Below, piece by piece: positions 47,868 to 59,300 of a DNA stretch of 64,000 nt. The position numbers were made by a program, and so were the translations under genes. The stretch covers positions 17,598,357 to 17,662,356 of the forward strand of contig OZ316892.1 in assembly GCA_973895155.1 (NCBI GenBank). The letters run 5' to 3'. Under the pieces are notes generated by a model that was not told the origin of the DNA, searched no databases, and saw only the letters and a list, made by a program, of their open reading frames with translations. The first letter of the stretch is position 1. Each line of letters opens with the position of its first letter. Source of the DNA: Marsupella aquatica. Its lineage: Eukaryota > Plantae > Marchantiophyta.

Positions 47868-50800
47868 TCAGTAAGGCCAGAGGCAGTCGCTCGTGTGATC
47901 TGCGATGAAAGTGCCTGAACCCGAGGCCTCCCTTCCGTTGTAGCGAAAATAGGGGTTGTTCGTGTTGTTGTTGTTGGTGTTATTGTCCAAGTCTGTGACA
48001 CTGGACTCGGTGGTCATCGACGGTAACGCTGGTTCGCCACTAAACCCTCCAGAAGAGTCTGCCACCACCCACGAGTCCATTAGGCTGGACCTCTGGCTCG
48101 CACTGCTATGTGCTTCGTCTTCTTCGCCCGCATAGGGCTCCGATTTGCACGCACGAAGATTGCTGTTATTCATCCCTCTGGAGGTGGGTTGAGGCTCGAG
48201 GTACTTCAGCGACATCAGCGGAGCCTGGTGTAGGTTGAAATTCATGTTGCTGTCCTGCCTCAGTAGCCTGGTATATGAGCCATTGTCTATCTTCAAGCCT
48301 GAAGGCGCCCCCATGTCGGGAACCGAAGCGTACATCTCCATCAATAGAGAGGGGCACCGGAGAAGGGAGCTCTTGCCCTGGTGGAGGTCGTCCAGGGTGG
48401 CTCCTATTTCTGTCTTCATGCCCCCCCATGAGTTGGTGGATCGCATGGCATCCTGCATGCCACCATGGAAGCTATTCTCGATGAGGCAATCACTGTCATC
48501 CACCGAGTTTGGGTTCGGCGATTCAAGCAGCGCGGGAAGAGACGAGCGCGTCTCTGTGTTGAAAGTGGTAGAACTGCGATTGTGCATACTGCTGTTGGTG
48601 TTGCATTCCATCGGGAGCTTCTTCCCACCAGCGCTCGACTTCTGGAATATGCGACACACCACCCATTCGTCCTGCAACAATCATCAGTCATCCACATTGC
48701 GTACGTTAGCCAAAGGGTATCAGAGAATATAAGATCGGATGCTCCTAGAAAGGCACATCGTGCAGTGCTCGATCACTCACGCATGAACATCGACGAAGAT
48801 GGTGCACGCACACATCTTCACTGTTACAAACAAGCCAGAGCACACTAGCAGTAGGTGTGGAAATCATGGAAGCCAAAAGCTGCGTAAACTCATATGATCA
48901 TCGATCGGCTTCCGACAATGGTAATGACATAGAGCACAGTGCCAATTCATAACGTAACGCCCAGTGCATATAGCTATGCCCAGCGAGGCCCCATTCTCAC
49001 CCGCCTACATCATCGGGCAGAATCACGGAGAACCCTTAATTTTCTGTTCGAGCGTCAATTAATTTGGTCAATTGCTGTAGTCTTTGCAACCCGGGGACCA
49101 AGCTCTACACGAGCGTTGTGCATTTAGGGGATTTCTTGCAACCCATTGGTCACCTTCAAATCTAGCAGCGTTAAATATTTTGAGGTTTCCTCAACATCAG
49201 ATGACAGACAATTGGTCTCCTTCACCTCTACGACCGTTGCGGATTTAGGGGGTAACGTTACTTAACATCAGATGACAAGCAATTGGTCACCTTCATGTAG
49301 CACCTTCATCCACGAGTAGGAGTCGTGGATCCTCCTCGTTGCAATCTAGCAACGGCTAATATGAATTCAGTAACTAGGCGGGGAATGGGGTACAATTGCT
49401 GGATTATGAAAGGGTAGAAACGGAATTGACTCATTACCTTAGACAATTTCGAAGTGTGAATGAGAGGAGTGGGCTCTCCCTCAATCCGGTACTCGTGCAT
49501 GATCCAGTTTGTCTTCTCGCCCTTGGGGGCCCTACCCCGATAGAACACAAGGGTCTTCTTCATTCCCACCAATTGCCCCCCGGACATAACTTCGCGATCC
49601 TTTCCCGTGGCCTTCCAATAACCCGCCTCTGTTGCTCGATTAGTGCGCATGCCTGTTGGGTACTTACGGTCTCGGAGGCTGAAGAAGTACCACTCCTTCT
49701 CTCCAATCTTTGCCTTGGCTGTACACAAATCCGAATCCAACAACGGAAGATTAGAAAAACCGTCAACCTCTCACTAGCTTTGGCACCGCTGAGACGACCA
49801 ATCGCAAAAGTGAGAAATTCTACACTAGTCACAAACCGGGCATGACTCAGAAGGACCGGCAGATGACCTTCGATTGCGCGCTAGTGTATCGATCGCATAT
49901 CCCTAGTTATAGTTCTACACTATAAAGCAAACCCAATGTAACGATACTCCGGCGCAAGCTGGATCACTCTCCATATGTAAAATCGTGAAGTGTCTCCAGG
50001 CTAGGATTGATCGAGATGTTCACTATCCCGGGTGCTGTGTCATGTATCTAATACAGCAACGGGAGACTGTTCTGGAATAGAGGCTAGTAATCCAGGACCC
50101 ATTAGTCTAAGAAGCAAGTAAGTATACCTCGCTGTATCGGTAGTCACTCTCGTCTCCGAATCTGCTTGGAGATTTCTGAGACTTGAGACGGAGCGTCGGA
50201 CGCGCGTCCATCAGACTGCACTTCCACATGCAGTCCAGGACAACGCTCCGTGCTCTGAACGAGCAGCCCCTTCTTCCCCCAGTCCCCAAGACTTTAACGT
50301 ATCCGATTACTCGTCTCAATTACGCAGCCTCATGCAAAAAATCGTTGGGTGCTTTGATTTAAAATGTGAGCTACGGAGCTGGTATGCCTTGTAAGCACTC
50401 AATGGCAGGTCTTAGAATTCGAAAAAGTTATCCTTCGCAGATGACTCTCTCTTGACCTTCACGTGATAATCATACATGTCAATCTACACAAGGTGAGGAA
50501 CGCCCCGTTCGAGTTTCAGATGGTGACTACAGAAGATGGAACTGTCAAGTCAGGCTTCGCGAGGTGAGGCTCACTTCAAAGAAAGCCATAAGCTGGACGC
50601 CGAGTGGAAAAACGTTTCAAAACTGTGAGAGACAGATGAGGGTGCTATCATGCAAGTGTGACAAGGACGAAAGTGTGATTTCGTTTCAGAGGATCGGATT
50701 TTCATACCAGGCAAATCCCACGGCTCGCACTTGTTCAAATCGACCTCAGAGATTACGAACGCTGGAAAATACCCGTTGACCACTTTCTTCGTCAGATAGT

Positions 50801-50915
50801 ACACAACCAACTCCTCGTCAGTCGGGTGGAATCGGAACCCCGGAGGCAGATGGATGTCATCAGTGCCCTTTAAATTATTGATGTCCGGCGCTACCGGCAG
50901 TAAGCGAGTGCCCAT
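47868..50915 (-). CDS. NAC-domain transcription factor, NAM/CUC clade, ~430 aa
   Basis: Exons 50915-50708, 49718-49438, 48671-47868 (1293 nt). [94 protein letters not shown]; CUC-like SLPALLES and terminal DCLWPY. Confidence 0.95.
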
Positions 50916-52129
50916 TGTCGATAGATATATCTGTGATCTCGTGCCACTGCTAATAGCCCCGCCGTCAGCTTTCTTTCCGTTCACTGCAGCAGCAGGCGTC
51001 GTCGGATCGCCGAGGAGCTAACTGATATGCGAGGAAGAGTCCACTAGCGCCGGGTCTCCCAGCCACTCACAATACGCAAGCTATTTGTAAGTAATTCCCG
51101 CACGAAACATGTTCCCGGCCCAGACGTCGTGATTGATCTCACAGCCTTACGAACATGTCTTAGAACAAACGGAAGCCCGATTTCGACGGATCTTTTTTTA
51201 CCGATTTTTCTGCTGCTTCAATCTTCGTGCTACCACAGCAGCAGCAATCTGAGTCCTCCCGGGACAAATCCCAATGCACCTCTTAAAATGAAGCATATAC
51301 AGCGACTCCACATCAACCAAACCCACAACTTTTTACACAACGACGTCGACGCAATCACCTCGAGGACGTCGACAACGACAAGCTACGAACCCCACCGCCG
51401 GGAAGGAACCAACGAGATCAGACACCAACGATCACCGTGGAATCGAAGCTGGAGCAGGAACGAAGAATAAATTACACAAAGAAGCGGGGGAATCAATTTT
51501 TACAATGCAGAAGGCGGTATACAAAATCCCACAGGATGATTGACGGCAATCTAGGGAGAGCTGAATCGAGAGAGGGAGTGCAAGCATATGGTGCTGATGC
51601 TCGAGAAGAGGCAGACAAGGACCGGTGGAGCTAGCTGATCATTGGCAGGCCACAATATGCACAAGATCGTTGGTCAGACAGCGGTCGCCTCGCTGCTTGC
51701 TAAAAAGGAGTCGTGTTTCACAGGCTTAGGCAGGGGCTGAGGGCAGGGCGATGGTGACTCGCTGCAAGCGAGCCTACGGAGTACAACAGTAGTAGTGGTA
51801 GGAAAGTGTGGGCAAAAGGAAAAGAAAAAAGGAACCCAATCCAATCAATGAGAGAAGCGGCCCGGTAAATAATCAACCCCAAAGCTGGAGACGACGGACG
51901 ACGAGACGAGGCCTACAATGTGCTTTTCCGCATCGCCCTCGAACCTCTCTTTCAGGAAAACCGCAATAAGCTCCACGCCTTCTGCTTCTCATCCAACTAC
52001 TGCTTCGCTTCCATCTAACAAGACCTTTTCTTTCCTTCTCCTCCTCCTCCGATGACGACGAACGAATGACTGAATGAATGATATGACTAGACTACTACTC
52101 CTCTTGTCTCCCCTTCTTTTCTCTTTTAG

Positions 52130-52300
52130 CGTCGCGGACCAAGGGGGCGAATTTATCTATCTGTCCATGGGCCCGAAAGGTGGCGGACCATATCGGGATG
52201 GCCCGGCATGACACGGCATGCATTCCACATCATTCACCCATGCATGCACTCATACTCACGCATCCATCCTCCCATCCATCCATGCATGCACGCATCTCTC
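52130..52300. promoter_or_regulatory. Candidate upstream element cluster of the NAC gene (RY repeats, site-II-like motifs)
   Basis: Three CATGCA/CATGCATGCA sites (52217-52290), TGGGCCC, and GCGGACCA twice, ~1.3 kb upstream of the NAC ATG. Short motifs, function unproven. Confidence 0.3.
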
Positions 52301-55300
52301 ATAGCGAATGATGCCATGCTCATCCCCAATGGTGGGCTCTCACCAAACACCGATGAATATTTGTCGCCAGAGACTAATCTAGAAACCGGAAAGAAAGTAA
52401 GAAACAGGGTGACAGAAAGAAAGCGGGGCCGGAGCGGCGGCGCGGCCGATAGCTGCGCTATGCAAATCCCCGGGCAGCACAGTGCGGATTATTCAGTTCC
52501 GAATGAAAGAAAAAGGGGATCCCAAATCCCCGGTGCCCGCTATCATTATTTTCAGTGCCGCAAAATACTAAACCCTAAAATACTGTAGACTTTTATATAA
52601 TATATATATATATGATGATATAATATGATATAGGAATGATAATAAGTATGGTAAAAGAATAGAATGTGACGCCTCCAAAATGGTGGGCTCTTAAAAAATA
52701 CGAGTTTCAAAGAATGGAGAGTGAGGAGGGCTTTACAATAACTGAGGCAGCCCTTCTTTTTACGCCATTCAAATGTGTGAACAGGCTCCACTTCACTTAC
52801 AAGACTTGTGAGCACAATCAGGCCAAAAACATTATGAATCCTAGTAGTTTAACAGCGTGTCCCCTTTCTTGCTGATATGTGCATGTTTTTTAGTCAAAAA
52901 ATTAGAGGTGGTCTAAAAAAAGGGACTGAGCTATCATCTCCATTCAGGGTCTTTTCATTTGCTATCTCCAGACATAACCGTGTTACCAGCTCTGTAGTTA
53001 GAAGGTGTTTTGATGCCACTTGTTGTTTATCCTGATGAAACCTCAGCAGCATCCTTCCAAACACCCTACCGTAGTTGTATCTGGTTGGTGCAAACAATAA
53101 ATAATTATCTGAAAATGGCACACAGGCCAGAGTGGACTTCCCACAAGGTGCCTTGGAAAAATATGAGGACTCCTTATCGAAAGAGAAGGGAATTAAATTC
53201 CAGACACCACAGCCTGAAAACCTTCATATGAGTTGAAATGCCCAGGAAATGACCTTTTCTTGGAACACATGTTCAGGTTAGCTCCCAACTAAATACCAGA
53301 AAATGCGTTGGCAGAGAAAATTTTTAATGACTGCCCACAAAAGCTGGAAAAGGAAGTAATTTATGCTGAATAGGACCGAACACATGTTTGGCTAGAACCA
53401 AGGAAACACCCGAGAAAACTTTTGGGCTGGACAAATTGAAATGATCACCCCCACCGTCTCACACCAAGTTAAAAGGACTTTTCGCGGCTGCGAACGAAGT
53501 TACCACGACTGTCGTCGGATGGGAATTTCGCGGCCACTTGTCGTTTACAAAGACAGAACCTGGACAGGATCCTTCCAAACTCCCCAATTTGGAGTTCCAA
53601 CGCAGTCCCTTCCTCAACGTCTCAACGTGTGCACTGTGACAATGTTTAATAATGAAAGCCAAGGTGGAAGACGTTTATCGGGTCTGCGCAGCGGAAACCT
53701 TGTCGACCGACAGACGCTTGGGCGAGGGCGACAGGGCCATCGGACGGGTGAGAGGGAGGGAGAGACCCCACGAGTGGGCAAGAGCGAATACCAACAATGC
53801 AGTCAACGCACGCGCACCTAATGAAAGGAGGACACGTGTCCCGTTTCGGAACCCAATCATGTAGCAGCTGGGGATCGGGATTCCGGGCGACAGGCGCGAG
53901 CTTGCAGACCTCGTCAGCGCTGGCCGGCCGTCCAAGAACGAGAGACCGCCCGCGAGGCCGTGCTGAATGTAGAGTCCTTCGTCCTCTAGGCTGGAGGGTA
54001 ATAAGGCCCTGTACAGGAGTACATGACTCCAGGTCCCTACCAAAGTCCAGTTCGATTGATCGCATTTTTCCACACCCAAGGAAAAAAGGGCAATAATATA
54101 TAGTAGACGTCACAAACTACTGTAGCTCTTTCTAGCTTTTCCTCACTACACCGCCCTGGGAGTTTACTTTCGTGACCTTGGTAGAAATTTGACTTTTGGA
54201 AAGACTTATTCCATTGGGTTTTGTTTGAGACTCGTCACAACACAAGCCCATAGATAAGCTCAAGGGCTAGGGGAGTCTCAAAGCTGGCAATTTGATGTAT
54301 CTTAACTCCCTAGTTATGGGTTATGGACATAAAAAGTCATGGAATGCAGAATTCATAGTCCATAACTTTTTGCGATAAGAATTGGTCTTACCATTAGTCA
54401 CTGTAGACATTGGTGAAAGAAAAGACCAAAAAAACTTTTGCACAGTCTCATGAAAACATTATGACCTATAATTCATGATATAATATCATCACCCATAATT
54501 TTCAAGCTTAGAGATGCCCTAATATTATTGATATTTTCATTGGCAACTATAATTCTTGACGGGCACCTATGCATTTTTGCATAGGAATTTTTTGTGTGGA
54601 TGCTGGTGTACTGACCTCCCAGTTTAACAACATTTACATTTTGAACCACAGATTCCGCCAACCGCAGCATTTTGTTCATGGGAAAGATCCGGAAAACGGC
54701 TCATCCTAAACAATCTACTAAAGCATCTCCACCTAGGCAGGCTCCTTTTCACCCACTAAACCACCCAATGAACCAAATCATCAGAGAATTTGACGACAGC
54801 CCTCCCCACCAGCAGCTTGTATCTCTAAATATTGGACATTGGTTTGCAAACCCTCGCCACCTGTAGCTTGTATCTCTAAATATTTGGACATTGGCCTGCA
54901 ATCCAAACTCTCACTGTGAGATTTCTAAAAATCAAAAATATCATATATTACAGTTGTACCTAGACACCGTGACCAGTCTAATTACATACTAGAAATGAGT
55001 AACAGTAAAGTTTTCTGAGAAGTTGCTTAGCCCCAAAAATGCTAAGTGAATCTAAAACTAAACCCTAACCTCGACCAAGCTGGTCCTTACTCCTCCACAC
55101 AAAGCTCAGTTTGTCTTGTTTTGAACTATGGGTGACTTCCAGTACCTCCAGAAGTCCTAAACAAAACACAAATTCTCCCAGATATTGAACACCCAGTAGT
55201 TGATGTCAATGTCCAACAGTTATTTATCTCATCGGGAACCGTGCTAAGAAATGTTGTTGCTCGAAGCACACTATGAGTGTTTTCTTAACCTTCTTTACCA

Positions 55301-56198
55301 AAAAACTGATAGAATGGGTATAGCTGGTTGTTCCTCAATTCCCAAACTAATGTGGGTGAGGTGGAAATTTTCTTGAATACCATGTGACATGTTCTTCGAA
55401 ATTGCCTTGGACACCCACTGAAGACTTTGCTAGTTACTTTCCGTTAGGCCCAGCCGGTTTCCCCTTTGTTCAAAAACTAAATTGCCTTTGAAACATTGAA
55501 TACACGCGATGGCATCGAATGACTCTGGTCTTGACTACACTAAAGCTGGACCAAAAAAAATGCTTTTCTGATAGATAGTTACAATTCTTTAAGAAATGAA
55601 TATTTAGAAACAATATATTTTTCTGGGATTTCTCTACAAAGGTTTTGGAATTAATTTACCATCGTTTATTTGAAGTTTAAGCGTAAATGGACCTCAATGT
55701 TGGACTTGGCAACTGCCATGGACTGAGGAAACCAGCAGACCACTGTACACCTCTTGAACTCCGCTTAGTCATAGAATGGGCTAGCTTTCTCGATGTGACT
55801 AACTTCCCATTGCTTTCAGTAGTCTCATTGACTAAATCGGGCAAATTTAGGCTCATTGGAAATGTCCCACTTGAGAAAGGTTTCATCTAGAGATGAGTGA
55901 GAGATTCAAAATAGTTTCTTGCCAAGGAAATAACTAGCCTTTCAATGAAGGGCAGAAACTTTCAGAAATTACTGATCTACTCAATAATTGATGAAATCTG
56001 CCAGACATCATAAAGAATAAGGTTCCTAGATGCTCCTAATTATTCCAAGAACGAAAGGTTTCATGGGTAGATGAGGAGCGTTTCAGAATTGTTTCACACC
56101 AATCACACAGCCAGACTTTGAAGGTATGTTGGGACCCAATTATGCTTAAAAATGCATCACTGGTATAAGTGACAAAGGGAGAGACCATGAACCCAAAT

Positions 56199-56331
56199 TG
56201 GTACAGTAGTTTCCAGTTCATGGTACTCATGGAAGCAGATAAGTGACAAAGGGAGTGACAATTTGGGTTCATGGTACTCAGGGAAGACCGTCTGCTTCCA
56301 TGAGTACCATGAACTGGAACCTACTGTACCA
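56199..56331. repeat. Inverted repeat, 41-bp arms with 1 mismatch, 51-nt spacer
   Basis: TGGTACAGTAGTTTCCAGTTCATGGTACTCATGGAAGCAGA (56199-56239) vs TCTGCTTCCATGAGTACCATGAACTGGAACCTACTGTACCA (56291-56331). Confidence 0.92.
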
Positions 56332-59300
56332 GGTCTCCTAGTGTTTTACAGGTCCCTTTCTAAGGATATAATTGGGGTGAATGGGGGTTCTCCCAGTCCA
56401 TCTGAGCCTCAGAAACGATGGTTAGGTTCACTGAGTTTAATTAAAGCCCCGTTGTCCATCATCAGACCTGGATCCAGGTTAAAAATGTTCTTCCGTGTAA
56501 GCACGGACGTGACGCGAATGTGAACAAAGTTGGAGTTCTCTTTTATTTGGTTCCCAGCTCACATATTCGGTAATAAGAATGCAATAGGGAAAATTCCTCA
56601 CGCATCAGTCATCAATCAGAATCAAAACCGAAAACACTGATCGATGGCGTCTGTTTCTGTGCCCGCCGGGTCCGAGTCAGCAGCCGGGATTTTGGACGAC
56701 ATATTCCCGGCTAATGCCCGGCATGGAGGTTCTCTGTTTGCCGGGGTTAACTCGCCGGCCGCCATTGCTCGGCATGCTGGCCACCAGCACAGGTGTTAGG
56801 CTCGTCTGGACAGCTGCCGCGTGATGATTGGTGCAGATCTCAGACCATTCGAAAATCCCCGGCGAAGCGCTTCGTTCCCCCTCAAACACGGTAGGAGTCC
56901 GGCAGCCAGCAAGGCCGCCCGCCAACTTGGGCCGAGCAGGGCTCCGCTGGACTTTACAGCTGAAAGCGCCCGCTAATTTTTTATGTCGATCTTCCGCACG
57001 AACAACTCTACTGCGCGTTCCGAAAGGAAATAACAAATTCAAGCAAAGGGTCCGGTCGGTTTTCCCCAAATTGAGTGGGACATAATTATACCACTCTTTT
57101 TATTTTCTAATATTACCAAGTTACCCAAAATACTGCATAGCCTTCTTAAGCTGCCCCCTAAACTAATTTAGTTAGTGAGCTGCTCCCGTGGATTAATCTT
57201 AGCCATACTTTCAAACATTTTTGTTAATTTTGGCCCTCTGGTTCCTCCCCAAACACGCATCCCTCTCTTCTTTTTCTATGTTTTATGGATTCTCTGTCTC
57301 CCCATTTCAAACCTTGTTTGAACTCAAATAATATATTTCTTTGGTATGTATGGTCATGCTTTGGGTATGGAAAGCTGCTTACTAGGTCCCCAGAGGTTGC
57401 ATGGTTACACATTGTGCTCCATCGAGCATCGTTTTCTTGTCTCCACCTTTCTAACTGCTCTCTCTTTCATGCGGGTTTTTGCCTTATTTTTTCCAGTTTA
57501 TTTCTTACTGCCAAGTTCCATGGACAACCTTTCCAATTTGCACTTTAGCCAGTGATGATGTCTCGAGATCGAGTGAGTGAGATCTGAGGTCGGTAGGAAA
57601 AGGAACACAATCATGGGAGACAACGATTCATGGCTGTCTTGGGCTTCATGGCCTCTCGCTCGGGCTCTTTTTCTTTTAGAGCCAAGTTGAATGGGGAACT
57701 TTTACAATCTGCACATCAGCAGGCAATGATGTTTCAAGAGTGAAGTGGATAAGAACTACGTACCAAAGGAACACGTTCTACAAAAAACGTCTTCGTGCAT
57801 TTTACCTCCAGTTTTTACATCCATCTTCCATGACCAGCCTTCACAATTTTGAATTAAATTGACATTGGTACTCCAAATTTTGTAGTGAAAAACAGGAGTT
57901 ATGACTTTGGATGATATCTCATATATGAACTCCGATAGCATCTCCAAACACTCTTTACATGAGAGGAAGGCCATATATCTCATCTGGGTTCCAGTGGATG
58001 TTACTATAGATTCTATGGAAACTCTTAGAAATTCTATCTGTTGCAGTGCCAAGAGCTAAAATGGCCTTAGTGTGAGACATGATCCCAAAGGAAGAAGACA
58101 TTCACTGCCAAAGGAACACAAGGACCAAAACAAGGGGATAACTAAGGCCATTGCTCTACACAACAAACCCACCAGGACCAAAACAAGGGGATAACTAAGG
58201 CCATTGCTCTACACAACAAACTGCGCAGTGCTGGAGGAAATTATCAAAATTAGGGTGTAGGGACCCAAAGACCTCCAAAGCAAGTTGGCAGGATCCCCAC
58301 AATAATGAGTAACCTAAGCTTCCTGCTTCAGCTGAGCTCCCTTAGCTGCAATGTGGACCCAGAAGAGGGGTAGTAACTGAAAATCTCCAAAGTCCAACCC
58401 AGCTTTTCTTGGCAAAATTTTGCTAGATTTCTATCTGCTGCAAAGTCTTCATCATTTTTGCCTTTCTTGCCAAAAATTCATTAGGTCTATTTGCAAGTTT
58501 CCCACCTAATCACAGACTCGATTGGCGAGAGACCTCAATTATCTCTTAATCTTGGGAGATCTAACCAACATAAATTAGTGAAAGGAAATTAGACACGAAA
58601 TACTATTAGCGTCTTCTTCTTCGCACAAGGTGACATGCACCACCACTACAAAGAAGCTTTTAGATTATTGATCCAAATCTTTCGAGATGCTCTAAATGCG
58701 GTGAACAAGATAGTAATTATTGTGGTGAAATCCCGCCAAATTTACACTGTCCGAACGTCTTTTCTTATTTAATAGCGTATCTCGCTAGAATAGGACTACG
58801 TAGCCATTGTAGGCACCCCCCGTAATCGCTCGCGTCCGGGTGTTCATTTCTGCCACCCACCTCGGAACAGGCCCTATGTGGGGCTGTTTGGGGGACATGA
58901 CCAACACTACGATAAAACAGCCAAATCCGGAGCTAAATTTGGAGGCAACGCCATTCCAGCCCAGTTAGATCGCGCGAGGACCCGACATGGCCACGCCCAC
59001 GCAGTCTTTATGGTGTCCGAAATAATAAAATCAACGCCCACCGTCCACTCGCGAGATTACTCATCCCTCGATGCCGCCCCCCAAGCACCAACCCCTCGTC
59101 CGCTCGAAAAAACAAAAACAAACACTTACTGGACACTCTAGTCATTAATGACTCACTTTTGGGTCTCGACTCCCGTGCTCCATGTGTTATACCAGTTCTG
59201 TAGGTCGAACATCGACCAGCCAAAAGAGGAGGATCTGGCTAAATTTAGCTGTCATTAGCGGGGAAACATGTCTGCCAATATACATAGTCATGTCCGTGGT

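Noticed and set aside
48166-49845. Plus-strand and alternate-frame ORFs up to 165 aa
   Set aside because: Shadows of the NAC exons, with no independent coding signal.
50916-50984. ORF-track start for NAC (MNGKK)
   Set aside because: It is a GTG; the first in-frame ATG after the upstream TAG is at 50915.
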